Below are positions 1-14,700 of a stretch of 64,000 nt of DNA, one piece after another; within the stretch, counting starts at the first letter, position 1; each line of letters begins with the position of its first letter. This DNA is from Balanoglossus misakiensis. Lineage: Eukaryota > Animalia > Hemichordata. Made by a program: the position numbers and the translations under genes. The stretch covers positions 3,709,227 to 3,773,226 of the forward strand of contig CM082579.2 of NCBI GenBank assembly GCA_040954595.2, written 5' to 3'. The notes beneath the pieces are model-generated. The model was given only the letters and a program-made list of their open reading frames with translations. It did no database searches and was not told the DNA's origin.

Positions 1-3000
1 ATGTGACTGGAATAACTTGTCACTGAGAATATTCACTGTATCAGCGAAAGAGTCGCACAGTATATGAACTTTTCAAACCCAGAACAGGTGCCAATCAAAA
101 TAAATGCTTGGATTAAAGTTGTACAGTTTTGACATTTCGTGCAAAGGGCCAAACGAGAGAAGGAGGCAGAATGTGAGCGAAGTCACGGCCATACATAAAC
201 ATTGCCCTCACGGCTACAGCGTCGCACGTCTCCCGCTTTACTGCAATTTACCGATTTTCAATCAAATGTGGCCTCTGTCGTTCGGGGAATTCATACATAT
301 ATACATATGCGATCATTTTTTTCCGAGTGCATTAGGGCTTTTTTGTGTGTTTCTAACCATTCTCCAGGGGGCAATGGAGCTGTTTTAAAAAGTTAGAATA
401 TCTATTAGGCGACTGCTCCGGAGTTCTCTGTGTAATTATTTTAAAAACCATTCACAGCTCACCGGGAATGCAGACTCGGAAATCTGAACTTTGGCCCCGG
501 GCTTGGCTTTTAGTAAATGGTCTATGCTCGCAATTTGCTCAGCTATCTGTGTAGGAGACTTTTATCGGAACAATAAACTGAATCTACTAAATGATATATC
601 TTTTTGAGTTCTTAAGCCTGAAATGGCGTGACGTGGGGGAGTTGAAATTTATTGGTCACGGTTACCTGACTGTAAAGGCATCACAAAAGGTATTGCAGAA
701 AGATTGCATTTTAGGCGGTGACTGATTGATTGACTGACGGGATCAAACTTTTCAGAGTGGTTTTAATGTGGGCGTGAGTGATCACCAAGTGATTAGCCTT
801 AAAGGATTTGCTTCATATTGCTTTAAGAGAAATGGGTCACCGTTGGTTGCGAAGGCAGCATCTTTGGCAGTAGAAGAATTCCAAAATTTTGCAGCTTATT
901 GACGCTTTAAGACACATGACGTCACGAACTCCTTCCGTCGTTGTTGGGTCTTTACACGTGACTGCAAATCAGCGTTGCTTGTGCCGTCTCCCTAAAGACA
1001 CACACTTTACTAGTAATACCAGTCAGAGGACAGAAACCCCCCTGAGTACAAGCTAAAGTGGTGCGACCCGTAAGGTACGGATTATCACCAATCAATTCCA
1101 TCACTTCAGCCCACAAACGCAGCACTCTACAAAAGTACATTTTTCCAGAGTTCTCCACAATCAGTGCACTGAATACATTCCTGAGGAAAAAACGGGAACG
1201 AAATATGAAGACAATCTTATCTCTCACGGTTCATTAACAGTATCAAATGGAGAATGAATTGTATCTACTCGAGTAATCAACGATGCCTGCAAACATGAGT
1301 GCAGAACGTAAAGCATCCACTGCCTGCCAGCGCACAAACCTGATATATCGGAGTATTAAAGACCATTTAATAATTAGGGGGACGAAATGTTTACCAACGT
1401 GGTTGATATTATCATGGTAAAGACCGTTTCAACAATTAGGGAAACACTGGCGCTGAATACAGACCACGTATACCGGGTACATTCAGCAATTTCCTCAGTA
1501 ATTCACATCCCTCTTGTTCATCTCCGTGGTGATACAGCTCATATTTAACTGACAAAAGCGACTCAATACGCAACTTATCACACTCATCTACCGTTCTCTT
1601 TTTGAAATTGGTGGACTAATCTACGTGGGGGATAAAACAAGCCGTAATATCACAGCTCAGTCTTGTAACAGCACACTAGATATTTTTTTGCCATTTTCCT
1701 GAATTGGCCAGCAATCTGGCAATTTGTGTTTCCCTCCTACTAAACTGCGGATGTTGTAATTGAAACACCGTCATAAAGAAAACACTGCGCAAACTTCCAT
1801 TGCTTTGCGAGCAACGAGCCATTTAAGAATATGTTTCCCACAGGAAAAACTACGAGAGAAAACAGCGATTCCTCGGCAGTCGCTCTCCTCCATGTTGTAA
1901 ATCTAAGTCAACCAAATCACCATCAGCTAATTTATTCCGATTTCGACAAAATTAAAAAAATAAGTCCCTGTCAAAGGAAATGAAACCAGTTTCATTCCCT
2001 TCTTGCTTTGACAGAAATCTGTAATTAGTCCGTGTTTTTGAGCTGCTGCATCAAAAGATTGACTGCGGACCTTTGACGGGACAATTAAGACATCGGCTTT
2101 CCATCTTTTCATAAAATAACAGATAAACTTTATTGCTTTGGCGGACAACAACCTCCAAGGTGAACTGCTATTAAAAACAGAACCGAACAAAAGCCGAACT
2201 TGGAAACACCTAATTTACTATCTGGACTGAACAGTAGACTCTAGCTGAATTGTAATCTTTGTCGTGTCTAACATCTTAAAAACTACCAGCTTTGCTCCTT
2301 GTAGTTATAACTGTAACACCAAAATAGAAATGTTGATTTTTGAACTACTATAAACCTTTCCAATAAAACTGCATGTAACTCTTTCCAATGCTTTGAACAA
2401 TATAGAATATACTTTTAAGTAGCTTTGTAAAACGGCTTTAAAGTCTTAAAATTGTCAGAAAACCAACAATAACGACAACAAGAAAACAGAACAAGGATTT
2501 ATACAGGAAGCACCATTATGTCAAAAATACTGACAAGAACTCTTTGGATACAAGTTTTAACGTCACCCAAATGACAAGATACAGGGTTGGTAGAACTTCT
2601 AAAACTGTTCTTCTTTGTATTGCATAACACCAGTGTGGCAAACCATCATCCCTCTGGCCTCAATTTCTTTCAGCAATTCGCGCAACCTTAAAACAGCTTT
2701 TAAAAATTATAGTATTCCATGCAGAAAGACTCCGCTGAATTGCATTGTGGGTAAAAAGGTTGACCGCTAAGTGTCGTGGGAGCTTGGGGCAGTGTTCTGT
2801 TGTCTGTGTGTGTATCGTGTTTGTTCAAATATCAACTCTTTTCTGCAATGAAATTTCGGCACGACCGAGACACTGATGACACCTCCAGTACTTTGATGGA
2901 TACAATCTTCCATCTTGAAGCGAATGCCAACTGATTTTTGCCACTCACTATCAAATCTTAGCCGATATCTATTTTAAGGTAGCAAGAATTGCTGGGACTC

Positions 3001-3024
3001 TTAGTTCTGAGGAGATCTGCGTTG

Positions 3025-3839
3025 CTACACTGTTGAATCGCTGAAGAACAGATTATCAATATGTTTGCACAGTTGTTCGGCGTCACAGTTGTCGTCGTCC
3101 ATTATTGCCGTCTCTCGCGTCTGATCCAGGATCTTATTGATGTCCTCGATAGAGTAGCCATCGGGGCGTATCTCAAACTCGCCTTCCGATGCGCTACTCT
3201 CCGACAGCGTACACGACAGGGCCGAGTGTGGCCTCTGTTCCGAACAGTTGGTTTCGTTCAGGATGCTGACAGACGGCAGAGTGTCCTTCTTGGCACTGTC
3301 CAACGAACCCACGCTTCCCGAGTACTGATAATCGCTGAAACTGTCGAAGCTTTCCGACACGCCCAGGTTTGTCTGGGCGTTCAAGTCTTTACCCGCCTGT
3401 TTATCGTTGGTGGCCGCGTCTTCTAGGAGCTCCGTGAGGCTCTCGGCCGGGTGTTCACTGATCGGGGTCAAAGGTCCCGCCATGGCGTGATGGCGGATCC
3501 TGGCGCTGCCCTGCCTGTCAAAGTTGCTAGGCGGGGCCAGCGTCGACTGGTCACCGCCACTCGGCGGTTGGTCGTACCCAAAAGACGTAAAACTGGCTGG
3601 CGGCCATTGAACCGTGTTGTTCTCGTAATCGGGGCTGGAATCGCTATCACTGTACGTGGGACTAGCCATCCCCCTGTCACGCTTGTCATTGTATCCTGGG
3701 TAACTGTTGTCACGGGAACCGCTAAACAGGGGATCAAACTGCCTCGGTGGCATCCAACACTGATCCGAGTGGCCGAGGGTTTTGCATTCGATGGTACACC
3801 GTGGGCTTGCCATGTAGCTTCGGTCTTCTCCTCCTTTAT
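3025..3839 (-). CDS. Protocadherin terminal coding exon (CM2, WIRS-like motif, C-terminal STV)
   Basis: Acceptor ttttttgttctgtag| at 3840, phase 1, in frame with ORF 3025..3945; stop TAG at 3025-3027. Confidence 0.92.
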
Positions 3840-5716
3840 CTACAGAACAAAAAATATTTGAAAAATACTTATAGAAAGTTGCTGCTAAGTTTAGCCATTT
3901 GCACCAAAGTGCTAAAATCAGGTGTAATCTATGCATAAACACCATTAAAATCTATAGAAAGTCACTGGTATTTATTCTGACTGGAGTAGTAAGTTTGTGT
4001 TGAAATAATCCTGTTAACATGTCAATAACAAATTCTTAGACAAATTCTTCAAAACTCTTTGTTTCAATTGATTATGCAATACATACAATGGTTGGATCAG
4101 CTGACACCCATGTGACAACAATACCCCCCCCCCCCCCCCCCACAAGTTGGTTAGAAGCGCCTCATTCTTATAATCATTTGCATCAAAGGTTCCTGGTACA
4201 GCGAAATGCTGATTCACATGCTTTTCACAATTTACCAGTACTGGCAGTTTGGTCACAAGGCCAATAAACTGTTTCCAGAAAACTAATTTGTCTGGGGCAA
4301 TTTGCATTTCATCAATACATCCACAATGTTCATTTACACCCTTGCTGATCTGTAGACCCTGATTTGTTTGACTTCATGAATGATCAGGAGCCAAAACAAA
4401 GATTCTATTTACACGTCCCCTCTCCCCAACATGTACTGCATGCCGGTGCCAATGTCCTGCACTGCATGGTCCCGTTGTAAGTGTGCATGCACTTAAAAAA
4501 TCTTAAGTGAAAAGAAAAATCTTGCGTCTCTGTGAAAGGTTGAACGCAAGCGAGAAATAAACACCTCCGAGCGATGGACAAAGAGGCTGTGTTTCTCGGC
4601 CTTTTCAACAGAGGCTTCAGTGTTTTAAAGTAATTTCTGACTGCTGGTCGGCGCACTTAGAACTCTCACGCAAGTGAAATGTACGGCATACCGAGTGAAG
4701 TGCAGAATTTCACCTGAAGAGTCTCTGTTTGGGAAATGTTGCACACTTAAAACTAAAACTGTTGAAATATCCACTAGTTCACCACAGAAAAAGACCACAT
4801 ATGATTCTTGATATATGTTATCCTCACAGAGAAATCGTGTGTCATTTTTTTGGATGCAGTACAGGAAATGTTGATGGCAGTCTCGTGCAGCTGTATGTAG
4901 TGTCCATATCATGTGGACTTTAGATAATAACACCCACAATGATTTTTTTTTTCAAAACTACAGCTGAACTGTGTGTATGGTCTCTAAATCTCAACTCACT
5001 CGCACGAGACAAACCGGTTTTCCTGTAATTGAATTATTAAACACCAGATATAACTGACTCCTTAATATAATTTTAGTTTGCGCAGAGGAAATGGGGGTCA
5101 TCTTCGGTCTTCTGAATCCACGCAATCTAGTTTTTTTAATTCTGTGAAAATGAAACTCAAACAGAGCATTTAGGGCCAAGCAACTGCCGTTCTTGATGGG
5201 TCAGTAATTTTTTTAAATATATATATCAATGCGGAGTGTTCTTGCGACGCAACACTGACATTCAAAGGAAATCCCTCACAAAGACCCAGTCAGCAACGAG
5301 CGAACGCTATCTGCAGATGGCCCTGTTGCGATGGGGATTATACTCGGAGGAAATGTTGCTGTACATGACGCGACATTAGCAGCCGAAGTGAAGAATGCAA
5401 GAGTAATGTAAGCCTTAGTAGAACCATCAACAGAGAGAAATAGCTGGCATTCCATAAGGTATACACAAGCTGTAATTGAATCTGTCTTGGCTTGCAAGAG
5501 GCGAAAAGGCAATAAATCTCCTCACACATTTTTTTCCTAATATCCAGAAAAAAACACTGTGAATCGTTTAATTATGTACTGTGTGGAAGATTAGGTTGGG
5601 GTATACCACCAATGAACTTCTTAATTTCTGGGCACTTCTAATTACTTGTGTCAATCAAAACTGACATGACATGGATCATGCTTTTCCCATGTTATAAGTT
5701 GTACTGTAAATTTCAT

Positions 5717-5780
<64 letters not shown>

Positions 5781-8700
5781 CCTGTTCACGATGACTGCAT
5801 GAACTTTAGCAGACTCAGGTTATAACACACAGCTACTTTCTGAAACATTTTCAGGCTCGGATAACACTCCTCGCTGAGAAATCTCAAACCGCAACACACA
5901 CCAAGAATATCTTATATATGTGTGAATCTCCTGTAGGCTGTTTTTAGCACAGCGACGTACCACGTAACCTCAGAGACCTCAAACTGGGTTGATGGCCTTA
6001 TCACTCGTATATCACAGCTAACAATTTAAAGTACAGACGATTTCCCCGGAAACAAGACTACAAAACTTGCCATTCTTATAGGGACTCAATCTGTTCAGTT
6101 TTAATTAATCTGGCTATCAGGGCAATCAAATAGCCGTCTCGTAAACATAAATGTCAGTCTTATCTGCGTAATCTCTCTCTCTCCACTGAAGTCTTTACCC
6201 TCTCTCTCTTTGGAGGATTTCACAGAATCTGTTTTCTCGTTGCTATGTATGATTTATCGCGAGATTTCTAAACGGTTGGCATTTTCTGCCAATTACAAAT
6301 TGGATTTTATCAGGTAGGAAATTTCTGTTTAATATCAGGTTTTAGTGTGGAGGGGGTTATACCTGATGATCTGTTGTTAAGAAAACCTTAGCAGCAGCTG
6401 CAGTTGTAAATGTTTTGTCCATTTATTTTTAAACTGACATTAAGAATATGTACACACAGCACCAGTGAGCCAAATTTTGCTCTTCCTTTGGGATTAAATC
6501 AAGAACTGCTAGAAAATCCCATCCTATTATTATTTTTAGGAAAATTATGTGCAATGGATGTTGGGTATATTATACCTTTTAAGATTGACTTGCTGACTCC
6601 AAATTTTTATGATCAAATCTCTCAGACTGTCTCAATTGAACTGTAAACATTTATGGTAGCTGATTTTATTTTTTAAAGATGATAATCATATCATCCGCTG
6701 CAGTAAAAAAATGCTTATAGGACAATTTCAGAAGCAAGCACTGGGTATGCATAACATTTACTACCATCTTGTAAAAGCACTTCCAACAGTTTATGTTTCC
6801 TCTATGTTTTAGTCTGTGATATTCTTTGTTGATTTGATGACTATCCGACGGATATTATCATGAAAAAAGCCGCAGTTGGCAGCTGCAGCTTGACTTCAAG
6901 ACCTTGAATTGAGTTTGTTTGTGGAACTTGGTATTCTCAGACAATTCTGTTACATAATGCTGCGTATTGTTTTGCTGCAAAAGCCCCATTTAGACTCAGG
7001 AATGAGTGACAGACACCCCCCCCCCCCCCAAAAAAAAATCTTTCTTGCTGTTGGCCTGCAAAACCAACCTACCATTTGTCGGTGTTTTTCTCTCTTCATG
7101 GGGCGTGTTGCGTAGAGTTCCTTGAAACGAAGAAACACTGGTCAAATGCTCCCTGGCATCTCTGTCGCTCTCTCCTCGCCCGCTGTCGTAGCTTGCTCGG
7201 TCGTCTTGGTGATCTGACGGCTTTGAACCCATGGACAGCAAACGATCAACCTTTACAGATGCAAAACAACAAAACTTTAGACAACGGACAAACTTTTCAC
7301 ATCATTTGTGAAAATATGTGAAAAAGTCACTCTTAGCCTATATAGCCCACAAATTTTGTCATGATGACTAAAAACTTTATTTGAGAGTTCAGCTTTTGGT
7401 TATGACACATGCAATGAAACATAGTTTGGTTTATTCATTTTATACAGCAGAACTGTTTCCTGCTCCTATAAATGTAACACAGAGTTTCGAAGACCCCAGT
7501 ACACTTTCCAACACTGGAATGGGATTCCATCCAACATTTCAACCGTACTGTATAATTGATGTCTGTGCCTCATCACTTACAATGACACTTGTGGGATTTC
7601 AACTGAAAATGATTGATGTGAGCAACTGCATTAGTTAGGCCTATGCAAGTTATGCGCCAATTATCACCTACCGCAAACTCATTACATTCATCAAATAATT
7701 GTTTAATAGCATCAATGCATTCGAATTCCAATGTGGATCTGTTGACATTGAATTTTATATCAATCATAATTGATTAATAATAAATAGCTACAATGACATT
7801 GAGTTCCACAGCCATCATTAATTTATTTATTTCAAGGCTAAGACATTTTTGGTGTAATTCTAAGCTTAGTGGTGGCAATGATGAAAAATACCAACTGAAG
7901 TTGTACAAAATAATCACTTTGCTCAAAGGTTTGGAAAAGTCGTGTTGGGCATTTCAAAGGGACGAAATTGCAAATTTAAGTGCAAGTACTTCCTTTTTCA
8001 GTTGCTTGTGATGCCATACACTGCATAAAACTATATATATGTAAACACATTGTGTACTCTGACGCACATAATTTGTGTGTATTACCATATTACATCGGAC
8101 AGAATGCATGTGTAAAATCTGCTGGCACCGTACCTGTCATGTCAAACAACATGTTTCAGTACACAGAACACCATGACCACCAAACAATCTCCATTTTTGT
8201 GTGTGAACTGACTTACAGAATTGAAAATTAAACCACCGAGTTTTGAACCCAAGAGATTTAAACAGTATTTCAGGTTAAAAGCTTTCTGTTTTTCTGTCAA
8301 CCGTGAAAACCACATCTTCAAATGTCATCTAGCATGACATCTTTGCAAACACTATAACATACTCTTCTGAAATGCTTTCCAGTGGATCTTATCTGATTAA
8401 AGGAGAAGACCTTCCGGTAAAACATTTTATCTTTATGATTTAGTTATGGCATGGATATTTTTATCACTAAAATTTTATTTATTTGCCCATTGGATTTTTA
8501 AAAAGGTCTAGTGGATGCCACTTGCCAGTTAAATACAGTGAACGCTTGCACTAAGCCAAGTGAGTGTGAGGACTTATTGCATGTACGTGTACATGTGTAT
8601 GTAAATTTATTTACATGCACTGTGGTATCTATCATAATTGACCCTTAACCCTTTCACCCCTACTTCTCTCTGTAACGGTCCAATACAGCTATTGAAAACA

Positions 8701-11700
8701 ACGGAGTTGGATCGAAACATTTAGTGGTGAAAAGGTTAAGTCTGTTGGTTTAGCTGGTCAGTCGCAGCCTGTTGTATTTGCTATAATTAGTTAATGAGAA
8801 CGCAATATGAAGACTGGTAATGTGTTTTCTCTATAAATGTTAAAATCATACCCATTACTTCAATTATTATGGGTCATTGATTTCGGATGATTTATTGGCA
8901 CCAACTTGTGTGAAAACCTTGGGGTCATCCTGGAATGTTTGTCTACAGGCTTTCACAGAACTCTTCTACTTTCCCTTGTATATTTATTCTACAAACTACA
9001 TTGGCCGTTTTGTTTCAAGTTCAACTAAATATTTTTCGAGTTGGTGTAAACAGATGTAAACAATATTAAAACTGACCTGCCAGACATCAGCAACATGGTG
9101 TTAAAACAGTATCAAATTAGAATGTCAAGGTTAAGTTCAACATGATCACAATTTTTATGGTGACAGCATATAATTGGTCAATACTTTAACGATGGCATAA
9201 ATCAGAACTTTCTGAGACTAAATTTCATTTTCCCAGGACTTTCAAAGGACCAAGAGTCATGTTTCAAAGAAGCATAAAAAACCTATTATAGTCTAGCACA
9301 CAACTTGGGATTAAGACCAATTTCCAAGACTTTCACCCCAAATTTTGCCACATTTAACTTTTTCCCAAATTGACACCTAAATTACACAGAAATCATGCTT
9401 TGGCTAGGCTGACAAGAGATAAAAGATACACAGACAGAAAACTGACATGAGATTGAAACGAAATGAAGTGATTTTTTCCCAGCCAATTATTGCCTGATTA
9501 CAAGGCAAGCAATGTGGGTTATGGTTTATCTCGAGGTCTTCATTTTCAGGGCAACTTTGCCCTGGAATAAATTCCCCAATTGAGAATTCTGTATCAAATC
9601 CAAGTCTAATCAACTCTTTTAAATGTCATCATAAACCAAAATTAGCAAGGACAACCATGAAATACAACAGGGCATATCGGCCGCGAGTTACCGTCATTAC
9701 AGTCATTAAATTCAATGTAAGATTGACGTCAAGACGGAAAAGCAGCACTGGAAAACGTGATGAACCCTGCTTTCCATCCATCAATGGAAGGGATCACGGA
9801 GCTGTAATTGATTTCAATCACATGACCGATGATGTCATAACTTTCTCTGCTGGAATTCTCTCTTCAAATTTTGCTCTTGAATTTGGAGGATACTAAATTC
9901 AGTTTACACAGCCAAAAATTACAAGGAGGCCTACTCCAGACTAAAGGAAGCAATTCCCCAAAACAGGGCCAGAATGGGTTAGATTTTAGACTACTCAAAC
10001 TTTAACTTTCTGCTAATTGAATACGACAGGAGGTATTCAGTTTGTTTTTATACTGTACTTTAAAATTTGCAGACATCAGAATTATATGACAAAAGAAACA
10101 AAGAAGTTTCCTTGGGGGAATCTGGAGCCAACAAATAGAATGCAATTTGATAAATTCAATTTGGACGGACTTGGTGTCAGAGGGTTGGGAATTCTACACT
10201 GGTGTTGAACAAACCAATGCCGTTGTATGTTTTCACAAGACATCAGAGTTGAAAGATCGTAATCTGACAGCGCTAGTTGGCAACTCTATCCATAAAATGT
10301 GTGCGTCTTTGTTTTCATCTGGTTAGCATATGCCTTCAGCAGCAGCAGTTAAGGTTTCAGTACTCCTTTGACTATTTTTCGCGGTATTTTTGTACAGTAA
10401 TTATGTATCAACCGCGGTTTCTTGTTTCCGCTGTCTAAAATATGATGAAATTGCCTAGCAATAAGCTTATACAAACGCATCCCATTTATGTGAGTCAGCA
10501 CCGACTGAAAATGAGTCCCTTTGTCGATAATCACGATGGTTGTTACAAGTCTACAAGCTTTGATAATGGGGGCATCTTAGCATGTTATCGAGAGTAGCCC
10601 AAGAAACCATTCCCAACGGAATTGACCAAAATACTGGAAAAAAGTATAAAATTTCTGCCATCATTTCCTTATACATGGTGTACCGGCCATCATTCGACTA
10701 AAAAATCTTATCTGAATCACATGTAGTATCATCATTAGCCCAGGTTTTGTTCTCAAATATCATTGGATCTATTTACAGGGAAATGTAGGTGAAAAGGTCT
10801 GATTGCTCCTATTTTCACTTGATAGGGAAAACCGTGACCCATAAATTCAATATTTCAATTTCAATGTTTCTGTACATGATTGCCTCAGTTTGCAAACACA
10901 GGGAGTAGGGTGGTGCCATATTTCAGATGAATGTTAAATAATACTCCCTGCCTCTGTTTCCAGTTAGCAATTCTGAAACACGGTGTCTGCAGAGAGCATT
11001 CCCGATCAGCAGGTTTTGTTTACTTAACAATCCCATCTGCCCTGCAACTGTTGCCGCAGTCGGTTTAATTTACCATTATTTTATTAGAACTGAAAACAGG
11101 TCTGTCTTGTACAGTCCTAAGAACGAATTTGTGGAGATTCTAATACTCATCTGCGCATACCACATTAGTTGTGTACTCTTCCAATGGGAGGCTGAATAAA
11201 CGGGTGTGGCACCCATTTATTATCTACCTTGTTTATAATTAAATGTACAGCCACAATCAGAGGTGGATCATACATTTGTGTATATGAGTCAGTAAGCATG
11301 TTTAAATAGACCAATTCAACTTTGAAAGAAAAATCATGAAAATAATGCAGAAAATGGCAGGTATTGGGGCTTTAATTCAGTAGTGTGCTACTTTATTTCT
11401 TGACAATAGTAGAGCCAGGCAATGTATTCCAAACTTCTCTGGATCAATGCTGTGGCTATCACTCAGAAGAGGAGAATAATATCCGACACTCCTGCATCAT
11501 TTACAATGATCATTTCACGGTTGACGTAAGCATCCTGATATTTTAAGACTTAATAACATCAGAGCAAATAAAAAATGGTCACGTTTTATCGCATTTTCTA
11601 ATCCCTCACATAAAACAAGAAATGCTAAAACATAATCTGCCAATCTGCACTCCCCTAATTATGAGCAATGAGGTGAAATGACTTTTGGTCCGTCGCCACG

Positions 11701-14700
11701 ACGACAGAGCTTTTTTCTGCCACTTTTTCGTCATAATTGGAATTGACGACTGTGTTTGATCTGACAAGTATCAGTTCCACTAGAACAGCAAGCTATAAAA
11801 CTTTTCAGCCAATTTATTAATATCATACCAACCACTCCTGATCACCCGACAGAAATTTGATTTCACTTGAAAGATTTCATTTTTATGACCAAATTAACAT
11901 CTAACCAAGCCGCATTCTAGTCAGGCTGCCAATTTCAAATGAAGATTTATAACATCCAGAACCGTATATTCCCCCAGAACATTTCTTTGACCCCAGAAAC
12001 TTAGAGGAATTAAACATTTTTCTTATATGTACCTCACGAATACTACAGCCCCCAAGGCCCGCTGACGTAAACTGGGCAACTGACGCAAGACACTGCAGAA
12101 GTCATGTGATGGAAATTAACAACCAGAAAACGTGTGTATAAACACATACAGTTGCATATTTCCATGCTCAGTGGGTTTTTCACACATGGTTTAATTTTTT
12201 TCACCAAATCCCAAGTTACACCTATTGAGGCAATCTGGTATGTATCTCTTACCACGTTTTACCAATTACTGCACCAGGCTCGGCACAGCGACCCACCGAG
12301 GGGCCATCTCAAACTGACTCACAGTCAAAACATCTTGTTATTGTCAGATGCCAAACTAGACAAGGTGTAACTGGGATCTCCCATTGCAATGTCTGGTCAC
12401 TGTAAATCCAAACTCAAATTCTCCTTCAAAGCCACTTTCCCCTTGAATTTGACACTACAGGAATGAACTCCAGCTGAGAAAACTGATGTAACTGGCATCC
12501 GATTGAAATCAGCCACAAACCTTGGATGCAAGGCAGCTACACCAGTATCCATTGCTGATATACACACTTGCATGACATGCTTACATACTTGCTCTATTAA
12601 TTTGCCATAACTTTTGGTTATTTTTTTAAAACCATTTTTCATGTGTAGCTTTAACAGCATGATAAATTTCCCAGTATACATTACCTCATCAACACAGACA
12701 ATATGCATTCTGTCAGCATGGATACTGTATGAAAATTGAATGGTGTCAAAACCTGAGCACATTATTTTGTCATCAATCTCAATGGTCGTTTTTCATGTAA
12801 AGGCTATGTTGATAATGCATATTAAACACTGGAAATTTTTGCCATGCTATAGTGTGTAAAACAAAACATTTTAAAAATATGGAAATAATAGTACAAGGGA
12901 CTGTCCCCTTAAAGGGACAAAGTTGCTAACTTTTGAGATTACTCAAAGAAAATAGAAACATGCAAAAAAGTTAGCGACTTTGTCCCTTTAATGCACTATT
13001 CTCTTTCCTTACCTCGGCATCTGTATCTGACATTGGCTGACCAGTGGAAGACGGACAGCGATTTCCATTGGACTCCGAGTTATCGTTGAAGAGATTCTGC
13101 AACGTGGCAGCGGAGCTCACTTTTGATTGGTCGGACGCCTGCATCATCCCAGGTGCAACACACGTGACATCCGGCGACTGCTGCATCGCCAGGTACGCGT
13201 CCACCGTATTGGCCACGTTCAGGGGAGTCCCTGACCGGCTGGTGGATTTGCTGGCGTTGAACAAATTCTCCTCCCGGCGGAAATTGTACGTTCTGATTGC
13301 CTTCTCGTTGGCGCGGGAACAAATGATGACGATTACCACGATGATGATGAGCAGCAGGACCAGCGAGCCGAGCACCAGGATTATGATGCCGGACAAAGTC
13401 GCCGGAAAAGCGATCGCCTCCTCTTCTGGGGGGAGGCCCTCCGTCAGGTTGGCAATGTCAGTGAAGTTTATCAGTGAGTTATTGAACGGCAAATCTGAAA
13501 TGATCAGGTTGATCCTTGTGGTGGCGGAGTTCGGCTCTTCCCCTCGGTCGTCGACCCGCACTGTCAGCTGGAACAATCCCTGCCAGTTCTCTTGCAGCTC
13601 CTTGACGGTGTATATCTTTCCGTTCGTCTTGCTGATCTGGAAAATCTCCAGCGGGTTGCCGTGGATTATGTAGTACCACAGATCTCCATTTTTGCCCTTG
13701 TCTTCGTCCTGGGCCTGTATGGTCGTCACTTCAAGACCGGGTTTCGCCGACAGGGGTACGTAGATGACCTGCGCATCGGTGGGGAAAGTAATATCCGGTC
13801 CATTGTCGTTTAAATTTTCAATGTCAATCTGGACGTTCGCGCTGTCCCTCATCACCGGCTGCCCGTGGTCGCTCACCATGACGACGAGATTACAAAACGT
13901 TTCGGTTTCGTAGTCAAGTTCAGTTTTGGTGAACAGCTGACCGGTTGCCGGGTCGATGTAAAACTGGGGGTGTTCGTCCACCAGCAGTGCGTAGGTGAGC
14001 CTGCCATTTTCGCCGGAGTCCTCATCGGATGCTGTTACCGTGCCAACCAACGTGCCCCCTGGCTGGTTTTCCATGATGGAGAAAGTATACGTACTCTGCG
14101 AGAACATAGGTTGGTTGTCGTTTTCATCCAAGATGTAGAGTTGTACCGTGGCATCGGTACTCTGCCGGGGTTCTCCCTGGTCGTACGCTATCACAATGAT
14201 GTCATACCTCAACTGGACATCAGCGTCGAACGGCGCCTTGGCGGTGATGGCACCCGTCCGGTGGTTGATTTCAAAGACATGCTGCAAATTCAGCAGGTCA
14301 TACTTGATCTTGCCATTGGGACCGGCGTCCGGGTCGGAAGCTGTTACCGTAGCAACCAGTGCACCGGCCTCTTCGTTTTCAGGAACCGTCACAACGTAGT
14401 TCTCCTCTGTAAATATCGGTTTGTTATCATTTTCGTCCAAAAGCGTAACAACAAAGTTTGCTTCGGTCGATTTAGCTTCGGGACCTCCGTCGTCGGTAGC
14501 GACGAGTGTCAAATTGTATTCAGGGATGGTCTCCCTGTCTAGGGTTACAGAAGTCACTAAAACGTAAAGTTCATTGGCATATATTTCCTCCAAGACAAAA
14601 TCATCACTTCCACTGACCTTTAACCTCACTGTCCCAAAATCACCATCATCTGCATCATAAACGGTCACGTGTGCTATCTGCTCTCCAGCCTCAACTGCCT

